DNA from: Chlorokybus atmophyticus
Lineage: Eukaryota; Plantae; Mesostigma and Chlorokybus algae
Reading direction: 5' to 3'
Assembly (NCBI GenBank): GCA_009103225.1
Contig: RHPI01001168.1
Location: 373,337 to 437,336 of the forward strand
Length of the DNA stretch: 64,000 nucleotides
Position numbers and translations under genes: made by a program. Positions 24,026 to 35,975 of the stretch are shown piece after piece (positions within the stretch are counted from its first letter, which is position 1; each line of letters begins with the position of its first letter). The notes below the pieces were generated by a model that was given only the letters and a program-made list of their open reading frames with translations, was not told the DNA's origin and did not search any database.

Positions 24026-24656
24026 TCATAAAATATGATGCGGCCCTGCAAAGCCATTTTCGTTTACACCATGCATATAAGATGCGTCCTCAACCTCACA
24101 CACCAAGTAATGTTGACCTAATGCTTGCTTGAATAATTCTACATTGCCGGTATACCATTCCCCATTCGATGACACCATGACACTCACACCGATAAGCTGC
24201 TTGCATCCCAACCAATATGCGTTCTGCAGCCGATGCAGTGCGCTATGAAACAATGGTTGATCTGCCTCCTCTATAGTGACCAGGGAGTGGAATTGCCCAC
24301 GCCCACACTGTCGAAGACTGCTCCAAATGCGACAACAGCTTTAACATGCATGAAGTAAGCATATGCTCAACATAACATGCAGGGATATATCGTTGCCCAC
24401 TCTGCTGATTTATCTCCGCAGCATCCACCACCTGTCCACTAACCACATGTCTCGGCGATGTTCATGTGAAGAAGCGTGTGGGTTTCCCTCGCCACTCACA
24501 GCACGAGCGCGAGCACGATGCGCATACGCATTGCATGAAATGAATCAACTCGGGAACCTTGCACAACACTTGGACGAGGCGGCAGTCGAACACGTCGACA
24601 TCGTGCGCGGTGTTATGCCAGCAAGCAGCAATACGATCGCGGCACGCAGTCTGCAC
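24026..24656 (-). pseudogene. Possible chromodomain-like and Tudor/Agenet-like segments upstream of the methyltransferase
   Basis: Chromo-like: DVFDCRLV...CEWRGKPTRFFT*TSPRHV. Tudor-like: LIGVSVMVSSNGEWYTGNVELFKQALGQHYLV. Same strand as the MTase; weak resemblance judged by eye only. Confidence 0.35.
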
Positions 24657-25473
24657 TCACTGGCATCTGGTTAAATGAGCTCGCATTTGCTGCCTACGGC
24701 CATTGGCACATATGTGCGCATTGCATTGTGGGCACACCAAGCATAGTCTCCTTGTTAAGGGAGATTTAATTGCTGCCGCCAACATCATGCAAGATATAAG
24801 AGTCGCACGGCTGCCCACAAGCTAAGCGAGACTTTAGGGTGTGGGCTTTAATTTAGGGTTGCCAGCTTACAAACCCTAAGTGAATCACCCTTCAAGTAAG
24901 CATGACAGTACTTTGGACCGTGTTACAGTACCATGCATGGTACTATATTAACACAAACGGTACTACAGTATCAGGATACTCGCAATCTACCATGATTGTA
25001 GAGTAACATTGTGGTGTCGTTCTATACAACCTGGAGCACTGTCCGGGGTTGTTGCTGTCAAACACGCTTTGAACCAGTAAGGCATGCAAGTTATGCACTG
25101 ACTTATGCGTTGGGCAGTCAGTATACACATGTACAACCAGTGCTTCTTATTGCAGCAGATGTTGCGTGCACCATGCACCATGCATGCATAGAGACTATAC
25201 ATGTATCTACATGGTTCACAGGTATTTAACATAAAACAACAATACATGCACAATTGTCATCACGACGGGGAGGGGGCGAAGTTATTGTCAACACATTAGC
25301 GTTTTGCAGCAAGCGTGGCAACAAAAAAATGGGCCTTGCTTGCAGCAGGGACACGCTTGTAGCTTCTTTGATTTTTTGCCACGTTCTTCTACTATAGTCT
25401 GATGCATACATGGCACACTATTTGCTTGCAGCAGGGCGATTCCCCATCCGCAGGGGGGGGGGGGGGGGGGGGG

Positions 25474-25611
25474 NNNNNNNNNNNNNNNNNNNNNNNNNNN
25501 NNNNNNNNNNNNNNNNNNNNNNNNNNNNNNNNNNNNNNNNNNNNNNNNNNNNNNNNNNNNNNNNNNNNNNNNNNNNNNNNNNNNNNNNNNNNNNNNNNNN
25601 NNNNNNNNNNN
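25474..25611. other. Assembly gap (N run) flanked by poly-G
   Basis: 138 N with G runs on both sides. Confidence 0.98.
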
Positions 25612-26329
25612 GGGGGGGGGGCTCTTTAATGTACAATCCAGCACGCATGGTGCACGCGTGGGTGCAAGCTGCCTCTATTACCAAACTTTATTACCGCATT
25701 GCAAGCACAGCGACTTCCATGTGAGTGGCGCAGCGTAATGCTCCACTGCCTGCTGAATCACCTGACGCCCATCTGCCGCCATACACCACCTGCTGGTCTT
25801 GGTTGTCTTATCCAGCATGTGTTCTTCCGGGCCATTGACATGGCTGTTGTCACTCGTGTACTCGCCCGCATTGTCATTTTCGTCGAGCTTCAACAGAATT
25901 AGCTCAACTTGCCATATGGCATACAGCCATTGCTAGCCAAAGCATGCCAAGTACAGCTCGAATGGTTGTAATTGCCACCCAGTATATTTGCTCAGGTAGT
26001 GGCACACATTTCGACCTACAATAGTCGACATCAACAGGTAAGTCTGTTGCAGCAGGTCGAAGTTCTGCTTCGCTGACAGTTCTTGCACATTGTTGGGTTG
26101 CTGCGGCAGCCACAACACAATTATGTTGAAAACGGCGAGGGGTAACAATGTATTACAGATGGCCATGTTGTGTTTGGGTTTCAACCGCGGCCAATGCTCA
26201 TGAATCAATTTAGACGGCACTCCCCGCGTGTGCTCCCACTTATTGCATACTTTTGTCACCCACCTCAAGGCAGGCCGCATGCGGTGATGCAGCGCGCTGC
26301 GGGCATTATGGAGGGCGATTAACTCTTTT

Positions 26330-26891
26330 GCACTGTAACTTCGTCTTCAGCGACCATGAAGCGTAGTTGTGCAGATCAAGGGACTCAATGGGCATCATAT
26401 CTGTGTCAGCCACTGCTTGCTACACAAAAGTACAACTCACCCTCTCCCCAAGAACACTCTACTAGTAGGTGCCTATGCTCAACACTTTCTCCCATTAGCA
26501 CAAGCGATTACACAAGCGAGTGTGGGCCCATAACTTGTTGAGAACTAGTGATGCGCCTAGTGTGTGTATATTTGCCTCTTACATACAAGTGTGCACACAC
26601 TTAGGACAAGTGCAGCAAGCACGCCAACTATGGAGACAATGTGCAACCCACTGTATTAAGCAGTATACAGTGTCTTATATACTATGCTACTAAGCACTAG
26701 TCAATTGTAGTTAACTCTAGTCAAAGTCAACACTAGTCAACACTAGTTAATGGTCAAAGTTAAAAATGACCATAACTGCCGTAACTCTCGTAACTCTCGT
26801 AACTCCCGTAACTATAAAGGTTAAGCTGACCGTACCAACTACATATAGCGCCGGCTATACATGTACTTTCTCCAACCTATAACATTTAACA
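26330..26891 (-). mobile_element. Truncated family B element: 5' LTR, PBS and gag start
   Basis: LTR at 26536-26891, PBS-like AGTTATGGGCCC (26524-26535), gag start homologous to 18791 onward; the remainder is missing. Confidence 0.88.
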
Positions 26892-27372
26892 GGATTTGCG
26901 CTATGTCATCTCCTTCTTGGTGAACACCCCATTCAAGTATGAAGATGTGCGCAGCATCCCTAACTTGCTACAATCCGAGGACTGGTGGTTCTCCACGCAC
27001 TTGAAGTCCAGATACCATCGTGTGGACATTCACCTCGCTTTTTGGGGCTACTTGGGATTCTCGTTTGCGGGCAAAGTGTACAACATTTGCTCGCTATCGT
27101 GTTGGTTGAGTACGACGTGCTGCGCGTTCAGCAAGGTTACGAAGCAATTGGTGCGACGCTAGCATGTGCAAGGCCTTCGGGTATTGCCATACATCGACGA
27201 CTTCCTCTTTGCTGCTCGTTCACGGGCAGCGCATGCTTCCACCATCGCTGTGGTGCAAGCAGGTGCAGCATGATGCGGGCTGGTGGTCAACACCAAGGCG
27301 CAGTTTGTGCTTGGTAGAGTCATCATCTTCCTTGGCTTTGTGTAGGATACACATGCTAGCGCTTTTTGAGTC

Positions 27373-27834
27373 TGTTAAGAACTAGTGTGCATGTATGCGC
27401 CCTACCTCACACATGTGCTCGCGCTAGGGGAACAACAAGTGCAACAGCATGTTAACAACAAAGAGAAGTATGTTCCTATTGCGGTTCCACCTGTGTGCGC
27501 CACATATAGTGACTTATATACTAAGCTAGTCAACACCAGGAAAGACTAGTCAACCCTAGTCAAAGTCAACTGTGGTCAACACTAGTTAATGGTCAAAGTC
27601 AACCCTAGTCAACCCTAGTCAATGGTCAAAGTCAAAGTTGACCGTAACTCTCGTAACTCCCGTAACTCATATGTATTGTAACTCCCATTGCGTAACCGCC
27701 GCACATGGTTCAAGTAACATCAACAAGCTGACTGTACTATAAGCATACTATACTAGTAAACCTCAAATGCTTAACCTTCAACATGTACTATAAGCATACT
27801 ATACTAGCAAACCTCATATGCCTAACCTTCAACA
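27373..27834 (-). mobile_element. Solo LTR, family C
   Basis: Reverse complement of 15645-16113. Flanks GAGTC/GTGCC each differ by one base from GTGTC, the uninterrupted sequence in copy 1 (~4339-4343). Confidence 0.9.
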
Positions 27835-28649
27835 GTGCCCCCGGCAAGAAGCGCGACGGTTTGCTTAGGAACTTGTAACGCGCATTTGGTGAGGCGCTAT
27901 GTTCCAGTGAAGTTGCTGGCCCGCATTTGTGGCAAGCTACAATCCATGTTCTTAGTGTTGGGTCCTGCCTTTAAAACTCATCACTTTGCATACACGCCGC
28001 TTGTATGAGACCCGCCGCTCATGGAGTTCTCACATGGTGCTACGCCAATTTGAGGTCACAGAGTTAACGCGGTTGAAAGACCACTTTGAGGAGCTTAACA
28101 TGGCACCCATTTGGCCTACTGTGTAGCTGGATATAGTGCAGTTCGTGGATGCTAGTAGTAGTGGTTGGGGACTAGTGCGCTATGGTACAACTACCCCCGT
28201 GGCGAAGGGCACATTCATACCGGATGAGTACTGGACTTCATTAGCATATCACGAGTTATTGGGACTTGAGTGTGCGGAACTTCAAGGGGGCTTGCCTAAT
28301 AGTCGCATGTGGGCATTGCGAGTTGGCTTGCGTCGTGGCCATTGACACATGCTGTGTGCAGCTGCCATTGAGCGTAGCCTATAGGCGCTCATGCATGACG
28401 TACCCGGCGATTATGAGATTGAGAGCGCGTTTACACCGGAGTGCATTGAAATCTTGTATTTTGCGCAAAATACGCACAGGTACGGTCTTTTTACGCAAAA
28501 TAAGGACCCCTCTAGTTGATATCGGCGTATTTTGTTGTCTCTTGTCACATGCGTAGCGTCTCAGACTCTTTCTTGCATGACTCGCCACGGGAAATAACAT
28601 CGCGCCTGTGACGCTGTGACGCTGGTCGATGGTGTTGGTGGCGGCCTCT

Positions 28650-31517
28650 TGTTGAGAATTAGTGATGCGCCTAGTGTGTGTGTACTTGCCTCCTACATAT
28701 CAGTGTGCACACACTAAGGACAAGTGCAGCAAGCACGCCAACTATAGAGACAATGTGCGACCCACTGTATTAAGCAGTATACAGTGTCTTATATACTATG
28801 CTACTAAGTACTAGTTAACTCTAATCAACTCTGGTCAAAGTCAACAACACCAGTCAACACTAGTTAATGGTCAAAGTCAACAGTCAAAGTCAAAGTTGAC
28901 CATGGTTGACCATAACTGCCGTAACTCCCGTAACTCTTGTAACTCTCATAACTCCCGTAACTATAAAGGTTAAGCTGATCGTACCAACTACATGTAGGCG
29001 CCGCCTATACATGTACTTTCAACAAGCTATAACATCTAACACTCCCACGCGAGCAGCTTGACCTTGAACTTCAAGATCTTCTCGCAAGCTTACCCACATT
29101 AACTTACTCCATTGAACACTCCCACGGATGTGTTGCTCCCACGGACTTGATGCTTGTCTTCATGACACCATCCTTCTCCTCGTGCTGCCAGCAAGGCTAC
29201 AAGGTTTCAATACTCCTTGTTTCCTCCTCATAGTTGTCGCATCAGGTTCCACCACGCCACGCCTGACCTTGCTCAGGTGGTTTCGAAGATTCCCTAAATG
29301 GCAAACTATGCTATAAACTACACTGAGTTCTCTACCTTAGCAATGCTGTATCAGAGTGTAGGCCGTGCAAGGGTTGATCAGACCCTTCTACCAAGGGAAG
29401 CACCCCTCCCATCTCCTGTTAGCTAGCTATACAACTCAGTCCTTGCATGCCAATCAAATGAAGTGTTCAAACTGGTACCGCACATCTGTGTGCTACCAAA
29501 AAAGAAACTCCACAGCAATGCAACTTCTAGTTTATGCAGCTCAACACCAGCAACTACTCATAGGCTAGCAGTAACTCTCACAGACCTTTGTGTCTGCGAC
29601 CTCCGTCTGCGCATGTCCTTTACGCGCCCTTGCAGTGGGAGAGGACGGACGAACACCATCCACTGCAACTCCTTGAGGTCCTCACCAATGCTAGAAAGCA
29701 ATCGCCATCGTGACGTGCTCCTCCTTTGTTGCCTCATCGTGGATCCTCTTTTGGCACTCGCGAATGAAGTGGCCCTTCGTCTTGCAATAGTGACACTCTT
29801 TGTCACGTGATGGCTTCCCACCACCTGCTTTGCTCCTGCTTCGTGTGTGTTGAGAAGATGAGGCAGAAAGTGCGATAGGTTCTCCACCATTCTTTATCTC
29901 CTTAAGATCCAACTTGCCTTCCACAGCTAGCAGCGTAGGCACTACATCAGCAAACTTAAAAACCACATCTGAAGACTCCAACACAGTCACTAGCGTAGCA
30001 AAGCTCTTTCCTAAGCCAGCTAAGACTGCCCACATCACCTCCTCTTCCTTCACATCATGGCCCACTGCTGCAAGGTCTTGCCAAAGCTCCCTTGCACGTG
30101 AGATGTACTTCTGTATTGGCTCGTTGTGCTCCATCTTTAGAAGTGCTAGCTTGCGTCTCAGCTGCAACTTGCGCGAGTTGCTATTGGCCTTGAAGAGGGT
30201 GTCGAAGACCTCCCACGCCTCATGTCCAGTCTTGCAATCCGCAATAAGAGGGAGATGGAAGTCTTTGACGTGCAAGCCTATGCGCAAAAGCTGATTGTCA
30301 GCGCAAAAGCTGATTGTGAGTTCTCTGTCCAGGTACCAGTGTCACCTGAACTCACACACGAGTTATATGCGACACACAGCTCATGCTGGGGGGTCGCTAT
30401 GGGTCGATAGCACGGTGGCTACGCCCAGCACCCAAGTGCATTACAATCCAAATGCGCAAGTGTACAGATATAGGCTGCTCTATACACAAGGTCTGCACTA
30501 GGGTGCTAGGCTACAACGACGGGAACTACTGCTTCTTCACGCCAGGTGCGAAAGTCACGCGCTTCTTCGGTCTTCGACTTGTCGATGGCGCCACTGCTGC
30601 CGATGCCGAGGTCGAAGCCTGAGAAGCCTATACACCTGCAAAGTAAACCACACTCGCCACCCACGCCAAGGATGGCGCCGCCGTGCTAGGGTTTTAAGCG
30701 ACTAGATAAGGAGCTTGTGACTCACAACTCACGTCTAGTGAGTGCTTGTGCCCTCAAGTGCCCAAGGCACTAGGGGCACAAGAGTCTCATAACTCATTAA
30801 CGAGTACTTGAGTTCATGGGCGCGCATTTCATGCGCTTCATGAACTCATATTTCTTGGCCGCAATGATGTGGAGGAGGTGGGGTCGACAAAACTCAAGAG
30901 CTTCTTGCGGATCAGCACCAACTTCATCTTCAGTGACCATGAAGCGTAGTTGTGCAGATCAAGGGACTCGATGGGCATCCTATCTGTGTCAGCCATTGCT
31001 TGCTACACAATAATACAACTCACCCTCTCCCCAAGAACACTCTACTAGTACGCGCCTATGCTCAACACTTTCTCTCACTAGCACAAGCAATCACACAAGC
31101 GAGTGTGGGCCCATAACCTGTTGAGAACTAGTGATGCGCCTAGTGTGTGTGTACTTGCCTCCTACATACAAGTGCACACACTAAGGACAAGTGCAGCAAG
31201 CACGCCAACTATAGAGACAATGTGCGACCCACTGTATCAAGCAGTATACAGTGTCTTATATACTATGCTACCAACTACTAGTCAACTCTACTCAACTCTG
31301 GTCAAAGTCAACAACACCAGTCAACACTAGTCAATGGTCAAAGTCAACAGTCAAAGTCAATATTGACCATGGTTGACCATAACTGCCGTAACTCCCGTAA
31401 CTCCCGTAACTCTTGTAACTCTCGTAACTCCCGTAACTATAAAGGTTAAGCTGATCGTACCAACTACATGTAGGCGCCGCCTATACATGTACTTTCAACA
31501 AGCTATAACATCTAACA
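28650..31517 (-). mobile_element. gag-only LTR element, family B, second full copy (inside Harbinger)
   Basis: LTRs at 28650-29041 and 31119-31517, perfect TSD CCTCT, PBS at 31107-31118. gag ends ...CHYCKTKGHFIREC...MAIAF* and is interrupted by 30349-30851. Confidence 0.94.
30349..30851 (-). mobile_element. Free A-spacer-B unit (503 bp) inserted in family B gag
   Basis: Removal restores GGCCAAGAA|CAGGTGAC exactly as in the uninterrupted copy (~18927-18943); no TSD and no deletion. Confidence 0.93.
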
Positions 31518-31713
31518 CCTCTTGGGTGGTGGTGGCGGCCGTCATGAGGTGGGCTTGAGGCGGCTGGCGATGCTGAATAAGGTGATTGCGTTGATCAGCT
31601 GCAGGCTTCTCCACGGTGAGTTTCCGCATGCTACAACCAATGTGCAACCAAACTTTTTTGTGCATGCAGCAGGCGTTTTAACAAACAACCGCATGCACTC
31701 GTGGTCGCTGTAG

Positions 31714-33262
31714 ATGGATGCACGTAAGAGGCGCATCTTGCCGGTCCTACTACTGTTGATAATGTCCAATGATTCGCCTACATTTGAATCATAAGCACTC
31801 AAGCGCATGCGTTTGGGCAATGAAAGATTCCGTTGGTGGGCATCCGTGCTTCGGCACGAGCAGCACATGCAGCTGGTGTTGGCCATGGGTGTTGATGAGT
31901 TGAGTAGGCAAAGGCAGGTAGAACATGTTGCTGCCTATGCCAATGCAGTGCGAGAAACCTTGTTTTATTTAATGTCAGAGGGGATGAGTGCGAGGAGGTG
32001 GTTCTGGACGTTACGGAGAATTGTTGACAGGTAGAGATTAAATGTTGATACTTGGTCTGATCAGGAGTCCAGGCTGCAGATGCGTGTTTTTAGAGAAACA
32101 TTCAAGAAGATTTGCAAAGCTACTGGTCCAAAAATCATAAAGGAGCACACCAACCGCCGCGATGCCATGCCGGTGCGCAAGTGGTTTGGCATGGTTATGT
32201 AGCGTTTCGCGCAAGGCATGTCACTAGTTACTATCAGTCAGCAAACAGGATACTCGGACTTTCTTATCTGCACGGTAACTACCGATGTGTGCTATGCTAT
32301 TGCGACGCATCTGAGACCACAATACTTGAGGTGAGATAGCATGTGAAAGTTGGCGTGTGCGCGTGCGCGCGTGCGTGCATGCACGTGTGTGATGTGCTAT
32401 GTTGGCTCAAGTTGCACATGTGTGTAGGTTTCTTGGCGTCAATGAGGAGGGCATGCACGAGCACCATTGAATCAAGCAGCAAAGCTTGCGCTTCAAAGAT
32501 AGCTTCAACTTCCCTGGGGTTGTGGGCGTTATCGATGGGACCCACATCCCTATCATGATACCGGCTACTCGCTTGGCACAGCGGCAACATTTTTGCCGTA
32601 AAGGGTTTGCGTCTCTTAATACGTTAGCCACCTGCAATGATCGCGGACGCTTTACCCATGTATATGAAGGGTGGCATGGTTCAGCTCATAACAATCGTGT
32701 CCTCCGCAATTGTCCCATTTACAAGAAGGCCACATATTCGGGGTACTCGGCAAACCCAGATTACTACTTGCTGGCTGACGCTGGTTACATGCAGACCAAA
32801 TGCACTTTGTTACCCTATTATAATGATGGTCAGCTTAGTAGCAGGCAATGGGTGTACAATAAGGTGCAATCCTCTTTGCGCATGAGCATTGAATTAGCAT
32901 GTGGTCGGTGGAAAGGGCGCTTCAAAGCTTTGCGTATCGGCCTGCACATGAATATTCCTCATGTGGTTGCTGCCGTCAATACACTGGCCGTGTTGTACAA
33001 CATGTGTGAAGCAGAGGGTAATCAATATGAAGATGTGTGGGGTGAGGAGGAGTTGATCCCCTTCAATGATGATGTTGGCTACCGTGCATGGCAAGAGCTG
33101 TTAAGGACGCAATGCAACAGCCGGCGTGGTGAGAACCCAAATAGCAGCAACGGCACACGCGAAGCTAAAACTCAAGACCGATTTAGCCCTGCAAGAGGGG
33201 TGGATTCCCTCAGTGTAACGTGGTGGCATGAATTGACATGCTTGCTTTGCAGCTGCAATTGA
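31714..33262 (+). pseudogene. Harbinger transposase (DDE_Tnp_4-like), intron-containing, degraded
   Basis: FPGVVGVIDGTHIPI, RKGFASLN, GWHGSAHN, LLADAGY and IELACGRWKGRF motifs; stops in the 5' part. Confidence 0.9.
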
Positions 33263-35975
33263 TAAATTCTTCTTCTCTATGCTGTGCAACCTACAAGGCA
33301 AAGCCATGCAAACGGTTACTCGCACTACATGCAAGCAAATAGTGACATAGCTTGTGCACATGTATGTGCGCGCATGCAATCAATGGCAACATTAGGCAAC
33401 AGTTTTAAAAATTTCGTGTCACTCTCTTCTGTATATGCATGTCACACGCGTGTGTACGCGCATACCTAGTTCAATGCATTTATGATTACGACGTGCTGAC
33501 TGTCTACTCTTTGGCTAGCAGAGCAAAAATAATGTTTGTGACCTTGTCGGCTTGTGCATTGCGTGCTTGTTTTGTCTCTCCTCGTGCTTCAGCGCGCGCT
33601 GCATCCAATGCAGCTATTTGTTTTGTGTCCAATGTTCTCTGCTCCTGCTCCTTGCGCATGCACAATTCAAATTGCTCAAGCATGTCCATCATTTACGAGT
33701 ATGCTGCAGTGCGCTCATTATTGGCATGTTTAAAGGCCAATTGTAAGCTGTCGTATGCCTTGTTGCTCTGCTTTAGGGCGGTCTTTATGTGGGTCTCAAA
33801 CATATTGGCCTTGTGGCTGGCGCGGTTGCCTTCTTACGCTTGCTTCTTCTTCGCCATTACCTCCTCAAAGATGGTACGGCGCGCCGCACTGACATGCAAT
33901 TGTTTGCTGAGTAAACAGCATGTTTGCATACCCACACATGCAGACAAGCAGCATTACTTGTCCTCATTTTCTTCTACATCGCTGGCTGCCTGTCCACCTT
34001 CCTCTTCAACCCATTCATCATCTTGTCCACGACGCCTTGCAGATGCAGCAGTTTTCAAGGCCGTCATGGAAGATTTTGGGTCATCGGTAAAAAACAAGAA
34101 CTCTAATGCCTTCTCACTATCAGTCCAAGAACTGAACTTATCCATGAGCTTGAAACTGGGCAAATGCTTGCGCACAAGCTCTCGCAGCTCCTCGATCTCC
34201 CCAGGCTCCACCTCGGGCAGCTCAATATGGTTAAGGTTGTGCGTTTTAAGTACACCTGCCCCGAGGTTTAACTGAGGTCGCGAATTTTCTGCCAGTAGGC
34301 AAGCATGCATATAGGTTGTTAGCAAATGGACTAAGCACAACCCTCAACACGCACAAAAGATATCAGCTTTAATACCCTGCATATGCAGACCAAATGCACT
34401 TTGTTACCCTATTATAATGATGGTCAGCTTAGTAGCAGGCAATGGGTGTACAATAAGGTGCAATCCTCTTTGCGCATGAGCATTGAATTAGCATGTGGTC
34501 GGTGGAAAGGGCGCTTCAAAGCTTTGCGTATCGGCCTGCACATGAATATTCCTCATGTGGTTGCTGCCGTCAATACACTGGCCGTGTTGTACAACATGTG
34601 TGAAGCAGAGGGTAATCAATATGAAGATGTGTGGGGTGAGGAGGAGTTGATCCCCTTCAATGATGATGTTGGCTACCGTGCATGGCAAGAGCTGTTAAGG
34701 ACGCAATGCAACAGCCGGCGTGGTGAGAACCCAAATAGCAGCAACGGCACACGCGAAGCTAAAACTCAAGACCGATTTAGCCCTGCAAGAGGGGTGGATT
34801 CCCTCAGTGTAACGCGGTGGCATGAATTGACATGCTTGCTTTGCAGCTGCAATTGATAAATTCTTCTTCTCTATGCTGTGCAACCTACAAGGCAAAGCCA
34901 TGCAAACGGTTACTCGCACTACATGCAAGCAAATAGTGACATAGCTTGTGCACATGTATGTGCGCGCATGCAATCAATGGCAACATTAGGCAACAGTTTT
35001 AAAAATTTCGTGTCACTCTCTTCTGTATATGCATGTCACACGCGTGTGTACGCGCATACCTAGTTCAATGCATTTATGATTACGACGTGCTGACTGTCTA
35101 CTCTTTGGCTAGCAGAGCAAAAATAATGTTTGTGACCTTGTCGGCTTGTGCATTGCGTGCTTGTTTTGTCTCTCCTCGTGCTTCAGCGCGCGCTGCATCC
35201 AATGCAGCTATTTGTTTTGTGTCCAATGTTCTCTGCTCCTGCTCCTTGCGCATGCACAATTCAAATTGCTCAAGCATGTCCATCATTTACGAGTATGCTG
35301 CAGTGCGCTCATTATTGGCATGTTTAAAGGCCAATTGTAAGCTGTCGTATGCCTTGTTGCTCTGCTTTAGGGCGGTCTTTATGTGGGTCTCAAACATATT
35401 GGCCTTGTGGCTGGCGCGGTTGCCTTCTTACGCTTGCTTCTTCTTCGCCATTACCTCCTCAAAGATGGTACGGCGCGCCGCACTGACATGCAATTGTTTG
35501 CTGAGTAAACAGCATGTTTGCATACCCACACATGCAGACAAGCAGCATTACTTGTCCTCATTTTCTTCTACATCGCTGGCTGCCTGTCCACCTTCCTCTT
35601 CAACCCATTCATCATCTTGTCCACGACGCCTTGCAGATGCAGCAGTTTTCAAGGCCGTCATGGAAGATTTTGGGTCATCGGTAAAAAACAAGAACTCTAA
35701 TGCCTTCTCACTATCAGTCCAAGAACTGAACTTATCCATGAGCTTGAAACTGGGCAAATGCTTGCGCACAAGCTCTCGCAGCTCCTCGATCTCCCCAGGC
35801 TCCACCTCGGGCAGCTCAATATGGTTAAGGTTGTGCGTTTTAAGTACACCTGCCCCGAGGTTTAGCTGAGGTCGCGAATTTTCTGCCAGTAGGCAAGCAT
35901 GCATATAGGTTGTTAGCAAATGGACTAAGCACAACCCTCAACACGCACAAAAAATATCAGCTTTAATACCCTGCA
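32788..35975. repeat. Near-identical 1594-bp tandem duplication
   Basis: The ORF sets 32486-34340 and 34383-35934 repeat at an offset of exactly 1594 bp, with only a few substitutions seen. Confidence 0.93.

Noticed and set aside
25453-25621. G runs suggesting G-quadruplex or poly-Gly/Pro ORFs (also 43217-43298)
   Set aside because: They directly flank N gaps, which is typical of low-quality contig ends.
33439-34275. 278-aa plus-strand ORF and its duplicate at 35033-35869; 305-aa minus ORF at 53149-54066
   Set aside because: They are antisense shadows of Harbinger ORF2 and the CRAL-TRIO 5' region, with no recognisable motifs.
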